From a virus (Duplodnaviria; Heunggongvirae; Uroviricota; Caudoviricetes), in the IMG/VR virus record IMGVR_UViG_2859180793_000001, positions 2,529 through 66,528 of that record: 64,000 bases of DNA; one strand, given 5' to 3'. The notes beneath the pieces are model-generated. The model saw nothing but the letters and a program-made list of their open reading frames with translations. It had not been told where the DNA came from and searched no databases. Made by a program: the position numbers and the translations under genes. This document shows positions 26,591 to 35,831 of this stretch, piece by piece (within the stretch, counting starts at the first letter, position 1; each line of letters opens with the position of its first letter).

Positions 26591-26857
26591 ATGATGAAAG
26601 CGTTTGGCAAGAAGTCCGTCGATTCAGTCCTCGCCGCCTTCAACCAGACCATCACGGACCTGGAGCTGGTCGGCCAAGAAAGCCTGGCGCAGGCCGACCG
26701 TGCTGAACAGGACCGCATCGAGGCCGAAGCGCGTCGCAACGCCGCGATGACGGAAGCCTCCCGCGCAGCTGCCGTCGCTGACCGCCTGAAGACCCTCGTT
26801 GCGTCGGACGCAATGGGCGGCGTCGGTCTGGGCTTTGGCCTGGCCGCAGCGGAGTGA
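26591..26857 (+). CDS. hypothetical protein (88 aa)
   Basis: GGAGTAGGAA RBS. Confidence 0.4.
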   Translation: MMKAFGKKSVDSVLAAFNQTITDLELVGQESLAQADRAEQDRIEAEARRNAAMTEASRAAAVADRLKTLVASDAMGGVGLGFGLAAAE

Positions 26858-26889
26858 ACCCCATCCCCACCGAAAGGAGCAATCACCAC

Positions 26890-27567
26890 ATGAACTTCAA
26901 GGAATACCAACAGCAGGCGATCCTGACGGAGAGCGTGCCGGCGACCATCAACTTCGGCACCGTCAGCCTGCATGCGGCGCTGTCGCTGGCCATCGCCAAT
27001 GCCAAGATGATGGACCTCGTGAAGCGCGCCATCTTCTACGGCAAGCCCATCGACAAAGAGGACATGCTCAAGAGCCTGTCGGCGCAGGTCGAGATCCTGG
27101 ACTTCCTGGGCACGCACAACAACGAAGGCAACCTGGCCGACACGAACGACAAGGCGCTGTTCCCGGACCTGCCGCCGGCACTGGCGGGCGCCAAGCTGTC
27201 GAACATCAACGTCCGCCTGTTGCACGCGGCGGTGGGCATCTTCACCGAAGGCGGTGAAGCGCTGGAAGTCATCCTCAAGCAGATGGAGACTGGCGAGTTC
27301 GACGCGGTGAACTGGGGCGAGGAGATTGGCGGCGACGTGTCCTGGTATCAAGCCATCGGGCACCATGAAGCCGGCACCGACGAAGATGTGGAGCGCGAGA
27401 AGAACATCGCCAAGCTGCGCAAGCGCTACCCCGACAAGTTCAACCACCACGACGCCGTGAATCGCGATCTGGCGGGTGAGCGCGCCATCCTGGAAGGCAA
27501 GGTCTTGCCAGGCGGGGGTGCAACGCCGTTCGCTCCGGTCACTTCGACGGAAGCGGTGGCGGCTTGA
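26890..27567 (+). CDS. mazG: MazG-like nucleoside triphosphate pyrophosphohydrolase
   Basis: Start ATG with an AGGAGC RBS. LLHAAVGIFTEGGEALEVI matches the MazG/HisE EExxE helix. Confidence 0.6.
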   Translation: MNFKEYQQQAILTESVPATINFGTVSLHAALSLAIANAKMMDLVKRAIFYGKPIDKEDMLKSLSAQVEILDFLGTHNNEGNLADTNDKALFPDLPPALAGAKLSNINVRLLHAAVGIFTEGGEALEVILKQMETGEFDAVNWGEEIGGDVSWYQAIGHHEAGTDEDVEREKNIAKLRKRYPDKFNHHDAVNRDLAGERAILEGKVLPGGGATPFAPVTSTEAVAA

Positions 27568-28199
27568 TGATCGGTCTGTGCGGCGCACATCGCACCGGCA
27601 AGACCTCGCTGGCGCGGGCGGTCGCGGAGAAGCACGAGGACGTGCTTTTCCTCGAAACGCCGGTCAGCGGGATTTGCAAGGAGCTTGGCTTCGATCCGGC
27701 GCGCACCCATGACTTCAAGACCCGCCTGGAAGTGCAGGGCGAAATCTTGAAGCGAGTGGACGCCATCTACGCCAAGCACGCGGGAGAGCGAGCCATTACC
27801 GACCGCACGCCGCTCGACATGATCGCCTACACGATGGCCGACGCAATCGGCGATCGCGTGGCACAGGAAGACCAGCAGCGCTTCGCCGGCTACGTCCAGC
27901 AGTGCATCGACGTGACCAACAAGCGCTTTGGTGTCCTGATCGTGGTGCAGCCAGGCATTCCACTGGTGGCGGCAGAGGGCAAGGCAGCGCTCAATGCGGC
28001 CTACATCGAGCACCTGAGCGCGATCATCCTGGGCCTGTCTGTCGACGAGCGGGTGAAGCCACTGCACTTCTACCTGCCCCGGTCGATGACCGACATGGTG
28101 GAGCGCGTTGGGGCTGTCGAGTTCGCAATGGGGCGCGCTGAGAAGCGAGCCGAAGAGCAGATCGAGCGGGAAGTGGCCGGCGGTTATCGGCTGATGTAG
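27567..28199 (+). CDS. P-loop NTPase, putative nucleotide/nucleoside kinase
   Basis: TGATG overlap with mazG. Walker A GAHRTGKTS. About 210 aa. Confidence 0.55.
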   Translation: MIGLCGAHRTGKTSLARAVAEKHEDVLFLETPVSGICKELGFDPARTHDFKTRLEVQGEILKRVDAIYAKHAGERAITDRTPLDMIAYTMADAIGDRVAQEDQQRFAGYVQQCIDVTNKRFGVLIVVQPGIPLVAAEGKAALNAAYIEHLSAIILGLSVDERVKPLHFYLPRSMTDMVERVGAVEFAMGRAEKRAEEQIEREVAGGYRLM

Positions 28200-28226
28200 C
28201 AAACCGGTAGGGAATGCGCGTTGTAT

Positions 28227-28240
28227 AGTCAGCAGTGACT
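28227..28240 (+). promoter_or_regulatory. palindromic element AGTCAGCAGTGACT nested in a 10-bp IR
   Basis: Flanked by CGGTAGGGAA (28205..28214) and TTCCCTACCG (28245..28254). Confidence 0.5.
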
Positions 28241-28316
28241 TGTGTTCCCTACCGCGCTTCTATAAGATTCTGTGTGTGCGCAGTGTTGCGCGAGTGCATG
28301 AAAGAGGGGCTTTCCA

Positions 28317-28757
28317 GTGCCAGCCGTCAAAGTCAATGCTGACTTACATATGCCGACCGTTCAGGAAGAACTAGATCGCAAGACGTTCGAGACCCTGGAG
28401 TGGCTGTTCGGGGCGGTGCGGCGCGGCAACCTCACGCAAGACCAATTTTCGACGGGCGTGGACACGTTGTTCATGGCTGTCAGCGGGCTGCTCGGCAAGG
28501 ACTTCATCGACCTGATTACGGCAGCCCAGGCGGAATGCTCGAACGAGGCGCCGGTGCTGAAGCGGGTGTTCGTGAATGGAAAAAAGATCCTCGTCATTAA
28601 GTGGACGGTGGGGTCGACGAGGGTGACGGTGGGCAAGCGGGTCAATGGCCTGGCTACCGGCGGCCATATCAAGGATTTCGACAGCGCGCTGGATGCCAAG
28701 AATACGTTCGAGCATCTGTGCCACGTTGTCACCAGCAAGGGATTTGAGGAGATTTGA
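28317..28757 (+). CDS. hypothetical protein
   Basis: GTG 28317 or ATG 28350. A second motif copy (28331..28344, AGTCAATGCTGACT+TACATA) abuts ATG 28350. Confidence 0.45.
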   Translation: MPAVKVNADLHMPTVQEELDRKTFETLEWLFGAVRRGNLTQDQFSTGVDTLFMAVSGLLGKDFIDLITAAQAECSNEAPVLKRVFVNGKKILVIKWTVGSTRVTVGKRVNGLATGGHIKDFDSALDAKNTFEHLCHVVTSKGFEEI

Positions 28758-28758
28758 C

Positions 28759-29229
28759 ATGAAGCCGAATTTTGAACTGTTGAAGGACGCCTACGCGATC
28801 ATCGACGGTATCCCTGGTCGGGTAATCGACCTGGACATGTGGACGGCGGAAACCGGTGACTCGCAATTCTGCGGGACCATTGCCTGCGCCGCCGGCTGGC
28901 TTGCGCGACACCCGAAATTCAACGCGCAGGGGTTGAAATTGGAGTTTGGTGACGATGGGCCGCCGATGCACGAACCGTCCGGCACTTACGGCTTCACGGC
29001 GCTCGCCAAAATGTTCAATCTGGACGAGAGCAAGTCGGAGCACGACCTCTTTAATGCTCGCATCGGCGGCTACCGCGATGAGGAGCTGACGGATGCCCAG
29101 TTTGTCCGCATGTCCGACAAGCAACTGTTCAAGCGTCGAGTTCTCCGCCTGTTCCAGGAATACAGCGAGCCGTTCAACGAGAAGTTGGGGCGCGGCCTGA
29201 ACCTCGATGCTCGGCAGCGGGCCATCTAA
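28759..29229 (+). CDS. hypothetical protein
   Basis: Start ATG 2 nt after the upstream stop. 156 aa. Confidence 0.45.
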   Translation: MKPNFELLKDAYAIIDGIPGRVIDLDMWTAETGDSQFCGTIACAAGWLARHPKFNAQGLKLEFGDDGPPMHEPSGTYGFTALAKMFNLDESKSEHDLFNARIGGYRDEELTDAQFVRMSDKQLFKRRVLRLFQEYSEPFNEKLGRGLNLDARQRAI

Positions 29230-29231
29230 CT

Positions 29232-29732
29232 ATGGCTTCGATCGGCGATTCGGTCGAGCTGTCCTGGTTCGTCGGCAAAGAGTTCGAGCTTTCGGGCGTT
29301 CACGAGGGGCAGGTGCGGAACCCGCGCGTTGACGACTTCGCCACGCACTTTACGTTCGTTCTGGACGGGCGCGCCTACACGGCGGCGGAAGACCCGGACG
29401 ACGGCTACCGGTCGTCTTTGGAACGAGTTTTCTGCTCGTCAGTAGAGGATGTCACCAACCGGTTCCCGCCTGTGCGAGTGCGCGGCACTTGGTCCGACGA
29501 CATGGATGGAGCGAGCGGCGAGGTCATCCAGTTCAAAGATTGCGTGACGGGGCGAGTGGTCATCACGGTCGGCACACACAACCACGACGACTATTACCCG
29601 TGCTTTGTGGGCTCCTTCATTCCGGACAACATGGTGATCAACCGCTCGGAAGAAGAGCGCCAGTTGGCGCTGCAAGAGAACATGGCCGCGATCAAGGCGA
29701 AAGACGGTCAACGTGAATGGGGGACGTGGTGA
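29232..29732 (+). CDS. hypothetical protein (ends ...EWGTW)
   Basis: 166 aa. Confidence 0.45.
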   Translation: MASIGDSVELSWFVGKEFELSGVHEGQVRNPRVDDFATHFTFVLDGRAYTAAEDPDDGYRSSLERVFCSSVEDVTNRFPPVRVRGTWSDDMDGASGEVIQFKDCVTGRVVITVGTHNHDDYYPCFVGSFIPDNMVINRSEEERQLALQENMAAIKAKDGQREWGTW

Positions 29733-30205
29733 TGGCAAACGTCGGAAAGCTCAAGGAAGGCAGCTTGTTTGGAGCCACAGATGGAGTGAGCTGGCTCTAC
29801 TGCAAGGTGGCGAAGTTCGACGGCAGCGTCATCTACGCCCGCGTGATCAACGGCGCTTGGACCGCGCGCTTCAACACCGACGGCACCGTTGACGCAATCG
29901 GCTCTTGGGACCGGATCATGAACGAGGGCATCAAGGGCCTACGCATCGCCTTCACGGACGAGCTTCCAGAGGACGTGCGCGACGACTACAACGCCTCCAT
30001 CGATTACATGGATGCTCAGATGGCCAAGAACCCGGTTTCGCGCTACATGGCCGGCCGACTTTTGGGCATGCGGTTGCGCGTTGCGCGCTTGATGCGAGCC
30101 AGCCGAGCCGCCAAGAACGCATTCGCGCAAGCGTGGAGTCCGAAGCCGGCTGCACTGCACGCGGACGCGGACGAGGAAGAAGACGAGGATTCGATTCCCT
30201 TTTAG
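29732..30205 (+). CDS. hypothetical protein with SSB-like acidic C-terminal tail (...DEEEDEDSIPF)
   Basis: TGATG overlap with the upstream gene. The C-terminus ADADEEEDEDSIPF mimics the bacterial SSB tail DDDIPF. Confidence 0.5.
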   Translation: MANVGKLKEGSLFGATDGVSWLYCKVAKFDGSVIYARVINGAWTARFNTDGTVDAIGSWDRIMNEGIKGLRIAFTDELPEDVRDDYNASIDYMDAQMAKNPVSRYMAGRLLGMRLRVARLMRASRAAKNAFAQAWSPKPAALHADADEEEDEDSIPF

Positions 30206-30214
30206 GAGAGTGAA

Positions 30215-30520
30215 GTGGCAAAGAAAGTCGGGACTTACGAGATTCCCTTCGACAAGGAAGGCAACCAGTTGGACTACGGCGGCTGGGCGCATGAAATGGT
30301 GCCCAACCATGAGTTCGAGGACACGCTGACCTACCAATCGTGCGGGCGCGGCCGCAGCTCCGTTGGCTTCACCTTCACGCGCACGGACGGCCGCACCGTC
30401 AACGTGTTCCTGACGGACATGGACAAATGGATTCCGCAGATGGCGGGCGGGAAGATCACCGGCAAGTTCACTTTCGTCAAGCACGGCCAGAACTACGGCT
30501 GCACGCAGGTGCAAGCATGA
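30215..30520 (+). CDS. hypothetical protein
   Basis: GTG start with an AGGAGAG RBS. Confidence 0.45.
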   Translation: MAKKVGTYEIPFDKEGNQLDYGGWAHEMVPNHEFEDTLTYQSCGRGRSSVGFTFTRTDGRTVNVFLTDMDKWIPQMAGGKITGKFTFVKHGQNYGCTQVQA

Positions 30521-30762
30521 AGAAGCACCCGGCGCCAAAGGTCGGCGATACGGTCGTGCTGAACGACAACGGCCTGGCGCAGGTGTTTGGGCGCAGCCTG
30601 GGCCTGTCCCACATGAAAACGCTGCGGATGAAGGTGACGCAGGTGGACAAGACCTCGCTGACGTTCCCCGAGCCGACGTTTGCGGTGGAGGTGGACGACC
30701 CCGAAATCAACCAATACCTGATCGATCACCGCTGTTTTGACATCGTGGAGAGCACGAAATGA
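30517..30762 (+). CDS. hypothetical protein (81 aa)
   Basis: ATGA overlap with the upstream gene. Confidence 0.45.
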   Translation: MKKHPAPKVGDTVVLNDNGLAQVFGRSLGLSHMKTLRMKVTQVDKTSLTFPEPTFAVEVDDPEINQYLIDHRCFDIVESTK

Positions 30763-31016
30763 AAGTCTTTAAGGTGCGCGACAAGACAACCGGCCTGTTT
30801 TCGAAAGGCGGCATCTCCAAGCGCTTCGACGAGAAGGGCAAGATTTGGCACACGGTCGGCACGGTGCGCGGCCACCTGGCGATGTTCCAGGACAAGGATT
30901 ACCGCACGCGCACGTCCGTGTATCCGCCTCGTGTCAAGAACCTGGAAGTGGTGGAGTTTGAGCTTGTCGAAGTTGCCAAGCATGAAGTCGAAGACTTCCA
31001 TCCTCCCAAGTATTAA
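30759..31016 (+). CDS. hypothetical protein (85 aa)
   Basis: ATGA overlap with the upstream gene. Confidence 0.45.
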   Translation: MKVFKVRDKTTGLFSKGGISKRFDEKGKIWHTVGTVRGHLAMFQDKDYRTRTSVYPPRVKNLEVVEFELVEVAKHEVEDFHPPKY

Positions 31017-31044
31017 CCCCTGTTTTTGTTTGTCATCATCATAC

Positions 31045-31058
31045 AGTCAATACTGACT
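31045..31058 (+). promoter_or_regulatory. palindromic promoter-like element AGTCAATACTGACT
   Basis: 21 nt upstream of ATG 31079. Confidence 0.5.
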
Positions 31059-31078
31059 TAACGCAGAGAGAAAGCACC

Positions 31079-31405
31079 ATGAAAGTGAAGCGCATCGCAT
31101 CCTACGAAACCACCGACGGTCAGCTGTTCACCGACAAGAACGCCGCCAAGAACCACCAGCGCGAACTGGACCGCCGCGCGAACTTGGCCAAGCTCGTGAC
31201 GGACACGCTGAAGGACGAAATGATCGCCGGGGAGGTGATCTTCCACCCTGAGTCGCTGGCCGACTGGCTGCTGGCCAATCAGGAAGCTATCCGCAATCTG
31301 CTGCCGCAGCGCAAGCCGAAGGGCGAGGGCAAGCAGGAGCAGGCTGCCGACGCCGGCACGGATGAGCAGCCCGCCGCGAACGACGGCGCTCTGGCTGCCG
31401 CCTGA
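31079..31405 (+). CDS. hypothetical protein
   Basis: 108 aa. Charged, predicted coiled-coil. Confidence 0.45.
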   Translation: MKVKRIASYETTDGQLFTDKNAAKNHQRELDRRANLAKLVTDTLKDEMIAGEVIFHPESLADWLLANQEAIRNLLPQRKPKGEGKQEQAADAGTDEQPAANDGALAAA

Positions 31406-31407
31406 TC

Positions 31408-31608
31408 ATGATCTTCCGTGCCGTCTTCCTCGCGCTGTTGTTGATGGCACTGATCTACGGGGTCTTGTGGCTCGCCACCTGCACCCCGTTCTTCAGCGAC
31501 AAAGCGCGCATCCGTCGAATCATTCGCCGGACCTTCCTTACCGCCGCCTCCGCGTGTCTGACCGTGCTCGCGATGGCCTTCCTCATTTCGGTCGACCACA
31601 TCTTCTAA
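31408..31608 (+). CDS. small membrane protein
   Basis: Two TM helices. Directly precedes the SPFH lipoprotein gene. Confidence 0.4.
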   Translation: MIFRAVFLALLLMALIYGVLWLATCTPFFSDKARIRRIIRRTFLTAASACLTVLAMAFLISVDHIF

Positions 31609-31618
31609 GGACAAACGC

Positions 31619-32443
31619 ATGAAGAAACTGTTCATTGGCTTGGCGCTGCTGTTCAGCCTTGCGCTCACCGGCTGCGGTGGCACCATCAACACCGGCAACG
31701 TCGGCGTGCGCACGAGCTTCGGCAAGGTGGACCCGCAGGAGGTTCACGAGGGCATCTACCTGGCGCTGTTCTCCCACGTGGACGAATACACGGCGAAGGA
31801 GACCAGCATCGAGCTGGAGAACCTCCAGCCGCGCGCCCGTGACAACCTGACGCTGAAAGACCTGGACGCCACGGTCTACTACAAGACCAACCCGTCCAAG
31901 ATCGCCGAGTTCGTCAGCACCCATTCGGGTCAGTCGGCGCAGTTGAAAGGCGAGCACTTCTATCGCGCCGGCTACTTCCTGGTCCAGAACATCGCCAAAG
32001 GCCAGCTCTCCGATGAGGTCTCCAAGCTCGACAGCCTGACGCTCCACCAGAACCGACAGAAGCTGGAAGACGCCGTGCGTGTGTCGGTGCAGGCCGAACT
32101 GGACAAAGACCCGTCCGTGCGCGGCACGTTCGAAATCACGCGGGTGGTGGTGCGCACCGTCATGACCGACCCGACGATCGAGGACGCCATCCGCCAGGCC
32201 GTGTCTGCCCAAAAGCAGCTGGAGGCGAAGGAGAAGCAGATCGAGATCGCCAAGAAGGACGCCGAGATCGAAAAGACCCGCGCCAGCGGTAAGGCCGCCG
32301 CCAACGCCGCCTTGAACCAGACCCTGACGAAGGACTACCTCCAGCACGAATACAACGAAGCCTTGCTGGCATGCGCCCAACGCGCGGGCTGCACGATGAT
32401 CGTTGGCAGTGCAGGGAACACGCTGCTGAATGTCGGGAAGTAA
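31619..32443 (+). CDS. SPFH/band-7 domain lipoprotein
   Basis: Lipobox LALTGC. GNVGVRTSFGKV is typical of band-7/prohibitin-like domains. Confidence 0.6.
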   Translation: MKKLFIGLALLFSLALTGCGGTINTGNVGVRTSFGKVDPQEVHEGIYLALFSHVDEYTAKETSIELENLQPRARDNLTLKDLDATVYYKTNPSKIAEFVSTHSGQSAQLKGEHFYRAGYFLVQNIAKGQLSDEVSKLDSLTLHQNRQKLEDAVRVSVQAELDKDPSVRGTFEITRVVVRTVMTDPTIEDAIRQAVSAQKQLEAKEKQIEIAKKDAEIEKTRASGKAAANAALNQTLTKDYLQHEYNEALLACAQRAGCTMIVGSAGNTLLNVGK

Positions 32444-32481
32444 CACGTCCCCGCTGTAAGCCCTGAGCTGACTTTTTATCA

Positions 32482-32513
32482 TTGACCGGTAGTCAGCAAT
32501 GACTATCGGTCAA
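32482..32513 (+). promoter_or_regulatory. 32-bp near-perfect palindrome centred on motif AGTCAGCAATGACT
   Basis: TTGACCGGTAGTCA-gcaa-TGACTATCGGTCAA (one mismatch). Upstream of 32544. Confidence 0.5.
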
Positions 32514-32543
32514 GAGTAAGACGTTAGGAAAGGAGAAACCGCG

Positions 32544-33128
32544 ATGTTGGATCGCAAGTTTTTCGCGCAGATGTTGCGCGAGGTATCACCGGCAGAGGCA
32601 ATGCCGCACTCTGTCATCAACCACCACGTCAATGGCATGGATTACCTGTGCCTGCACCGCTCGGACAAGCTGACCGTCAAGCTCTATCTGGTGGAGAAGC
32701 CTACGAACCCACACAGCGGCTACCTGGTGCATCCGCACAGTCACCGCTATGCGTTCGGCAGCATCGTTCTGTGCGGGTCGTTGGAGCATATCCGCTTTAA
32801 GCGCTCGAAGGATGGCGACCTTTGGCGCGAGCACTACTACAACCCCGATCGCAAGACATTGACTCCGATGGACTGGGTTGCTCTCGAAGAGCGAGCGGAG
32901 CATCACGCCACCGGCAGCTCCTACTGGGTCGAGCCGGAAGAGATTCACACGCTGCGCATGCAAAGCCTCACCACGCTGATTGGCCTCGTGCAGTTCGGCG
33001 ACGCCAAGCGCGAGTCGGAACTGTTCCTGCCGGCCGGCCAACCGATGAATCGCTCGGAGGAGCGCAGGCCGACCTGGGAGGAGACGTATGCCCTCATTCA
33101 ACGCTGCCGCGCTCTGATTGGAGTCTGA
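32544..33128 (+). CDS. cupin-like protein (His-rich putative metal site)
   Basis: YLVHPHSHRYAFGSIVLCGSLEH resembles a cupin H-x-H...E...H metal-binding motif. Confidence 0.35.
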   Translation: MLDRKFFAQMLREVSPAEAMPHSVINHHVNGMDYLCLHRSDKLTVKLYLVEKPTNPHSGYLVHPHSHRYAFGSIVLCGSLEHIRFKRSKDGDLWREHYYNPDRKTLTPMDWVALEERAEHHATGSSYWVEPEEIHTLRMQSLTTLIGLVQFGDAKRESELFLPAGQPMNRSEERRPTWEETYALIQRCRALIGV

Positions 33129-33129
33129 T

Positions 33130-33705
33130 ATGAGCCTGATCATCACCGGCCTCGATACCGAAACCACCGGTCTGGAGCAAGCAGACGGCCACCGCATCAT
33201 CGAAATTGCGCTCCTCGAATACGACTTCGACAGCCGCAAGCTCGTGGACAAGTTCGTGCAGCGCATCGACCCCGAGCGCTCCATCAGCGCCGGCAGCCAA
33301 GCGGTTCACGGCATCACCTACGAAGAGCTGGTCGGATGCCCCAAGTGGCAAGACGTGGCGGGTGAGGTGCATGCGCGCATGCAGCGCTCGGACCTCGTGA
33401 TCGCACACAACATGGGATTCGATGGGCCGTTCGTGGGTGGCGAGTTGCTGCGGGTGGGCGTCGGGCTGCCCGAGATTGAGCCGTTCTGCACGATGGAGAA
33501 CGCGCGCTGGGCCTGCCCCGATGGCAAGTTCCCCAAGCTGATGGAGCTGTGCTTCGCCCTGGGCATCGAATACGACCCCGCTGCTGCGCACGCGGCCGAA
33601 TACGACGTGGACAGGATGATGCGGTGCTTTTTCGCGGGCCTGGATCGCGGCTTTTACCAACTGCCGGCCGACGTGCAGGCGAAGCTTCTGAAGGTGGCCG
33701 CATGA
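33130..33705 (+). CDS. DnaQ-like DEDDh 3'-5' exonuclease
   Basis: Exo I GLDTETTG, Exo II LVIAHNMGFD, Exo III HAAEYDVDRM. Confidence 0.75.
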   Translation: MSLIITGLDTETTGLEQADGHRIIEIALLEYDFDSRKLVDKFVQRIDPERSISAGSQAVHGITYEELVGCPKWQDVAGEVHARMQRSDLVIAHNMGFDGPFVGGELLRVGVGLPEIEPFCTMENARWACPDGKFPKLMELCFALGIEYDPAAAHAAEYDVDRMMRCFFAGLDRGFYQLPADVQAKLLKVAA

Positions 33706-33935
33706 CAGCCAAAGCACAGCGATACAGGGCCGGCCACGATTCGGACGGGAAGCTCTTCGTGAGCGGAGGCCACTCCATCGAGTGTGGCTACTACGGCGGC
33801 ACGCTGTCGCCTGATTCGCGATTCGAGAGCGAAAAGGACTGCGAACGCGCCGCCCGCATCGCAAACATCGCATTTGAGGAAGGGCGTCGGCACGCGAAGG
33901 CGGAAATCCGCGCGGCGCTGGGCCTCAACATCTGA
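33702..33935 (+). CDS. hypothetical protein (77 aa)
   Basis: ATGA overlap with the upstream gene. Confidence 0.4.
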   Translation: MTAKAQRYRAGHDSDGKLFVSGGHSIECGYYGGTLSPDSRFESEKDCERAARIANIAFEEGRRHAKAEIRAALGLNI

Positions 33936-33947
33936 GGGGAGGCAGAC

Positions 33948-34289
33948 ATGACGATGCGCCTTGACGCCTGGCTTAGCAAGTCGCGCTATCTGCCGCCATT
34001 CATGCGCGACTTTCACGCCCAAAAGGATTTGTTTAAGGCGATCCATGAGGCCGTGAAAGTGAACGGCTACGAGACCACCAAGAATGTCGATTGGGTCGCC
34101 GGCATGTGCTACGTCATCGACGTTTTCCTCTGGTTCATGGCCCTTCACGGCTACACATTGCAGCGCACACGAACCAACGTGGACGCTGAATTTCGAGACA
34201 TCCAAACAACCGTCAGAGAAGCGGCAGACCGACGTTCCGCACTCTCGACAAAAGCGCTGATCGGCGCCTTCAAAGGGGAAAAAGCATGA
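33948..34289 (+). CDS. hypothetical membrane-associated protein
   Basis: 113 aa with a hydrophobic central helix. Confidence 0.4.
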   Translation: MTMRLDAWLSKSRYLPPFMRDFHAQKDLFKAIHEAVKVNGYETTKNVDWVAGMCYVIDVFLWFMALHGYTLQRTRTNVDAEFRDIQTTVREAADRRSALSTKALIGAFKGEKA

Positions 34290-34726
34290 CCTACCACTGT
34301 CCCCATTGTGGCTCCGAAGGCCGCATCCAGGTCCAGGCCGTCATCAGCGCGCCCGCCGCGCTGGCGCACCAGTTCTCCAAGCAGAACCTGCGGCGCGCTG
34401 ACGTGCATCTGATGGGCGTCCTGTGGGAGACGATGGACTTCATCTGCGGCAGCGAGAAGTGCGGCCGCGTGACTGATGGCTACGGCAACTACGTGACCAA
34501 CCTGGCCAAGCGCGTCAAGGAGCTGGAGGCACAGGTGGCGCAGGCGCCTTCTATGACAGACGCCATGCGCGCCTTCATCGAGGGAATGTCCGTTTCGGTG
34601 GATGTGAGCACGTGCGAGGCTGACGCCGGCCATCGCTACTTCGGCACCGTAATAGAGGTGATGGACGACGAGGCAGACAAACATGGCGTGACGCTGCTGG
34701 TGCAGGACGCCAAGCCAAATTTCTAA
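34286..34726 (+). CDS. hypothetical zinc-ribbon protein
   Basis: HCPHCGS ... CGSEKCG. Confidence 0.45.
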   Translation: MTYHCPHCGSEGRIQVQAVISAPAALAHQFSKQNLRRADVHLMGVLWETMDFICGSEKCGRVTDGYGNYVTNLAKRVKELEAQVAQAPSMTDAMRAFIEGMSVSVDVSTCEADAGHRYFGTVIEVMDDEADKHGVTLLVQDAKPNF

Positions 34727-34757
34727 CAAAGCGAACCCATTTCTGCGAGGGGGATCG

Positions 34758-35789
34758 ATGGACAACACGACAAAAAAGGAATGCCGCAGCAGCTACTGCG
34801 AATGCGAGCCAGGCAAGTGCGGCAGTGGCCGTATCGACAAGCGGGGAGAAGCTGCCGCGCAATCGCAGGCCCTGGCGATCACGAAGGGCGAGCGCGATGG
34901 CAATTGGCAAGAGTTCGACGTGAACGGGCATGGTGGCCTGATTCGCGTGGTGGCGCGCATCGAGGGCGATGACGCGGACCTTCCTCTCGGGAAGCTGGTG
35001 GAAGACCTCCTTGTCGGCGCAGGCGAGCCGCGCACCCAGCCCGCACAGCGTCCCATGCCGGAGCCGACGCTGGCAGACGCCATCGCCTTCATGCGGCGCC
35101 TGAAACAGAACTTGATGCACGCCCGCCGGTTCGGCAGCGACACGTTGCAGGCATACAGGAACGCATGCGTGCGCGCAGAGGGCGATGTGGAGGAGTGGCT
35201 CATCGAGCATCGCGAAGCAGCCCGCGCCACCAGCGCCGCGACTGTGGCCGAGCCGAGCAAGATTGAACGAGTATGCGTTGGTCAGTTTGCAAAGAAGGCG
35301 GACGAAAAGAATTGGTTTTGCATCCCACCAAATCGCGCCAGTGAGTTCCGCGAAGCCGGTTATGAAGTGCGCTCAGCTTTCCTAGAAGCCGCCCAGCAGC
35401 AAGCCGAGCCGAGCCATGCAGACTCGTTCGCAAGCAAAGCTGCGTATGCCGCAGCTATCGCTGATGCACAGCAGGCCGAGCCCGGGGCGGATGAGCGGGC
35501 GGCTAGCGATGCTTATGACAAGGTGGATCGCTTCCTGCGAAACAACCTTGACGACGTTGACTACGCCGAATATTCCGAAGCGCTGGAAAGCGTTCGTGTC
35601 GCCCAGTCCGCCCAGCACGCGGGCGACGATCACAACCCGGTCGAGGCGATCGGCGCAGAGTTCGTCAAGGCGAAGGCCAGCCGCGATCCGCGCGCCGTCG
35701 ACACGCTGGTGGACGCTCTGGGCTGCACCCTGCGCGAACAGGGCTTCGCGCTGATCCCTCTCGACGAGGAAGAGGTCAGCGAGTCCTGA
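34758..35789 (+). CDS. hypothetical protein (343 aa)
   Basis: N-terminal Cys cluster CECEPGKCGSG. Acidic C-terminus. Confidence 0.5.
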   Translation: MDNTTKKECRSSYCECEPGKCGSGRIDKRGEAAAQSQALAITKGERDGNWQEFDVNGHGGLIRVVARIEGDDADLPLGKLVEDLLVGAGEPRTQPAQRPMPEPTLADAIAFMRRLKQNLMHARRFGSDTLQAYRNACVRAEGDVEEWLIEHREAARATSAATVAEPSKIERVCVGQFAKKADEKNWFCIPPNRASEFREAGYEVRSAFLEAAQQQAEPSHADSFASKAAYAAAIADAQQAEPGADERAASDAYDKVDRFLRNNLDDVDYAEYSEALESVRVAQSAQHAGDDHNPVEAIGAEFVKAKASRDPRAVDTLVDALGCTLREQGFALIPLDEEEVSES

Positions 35790-35831
35790 TACACTCCAGC
35801 CACCTTTCATGTGTGAGAAATCACCCATGTT

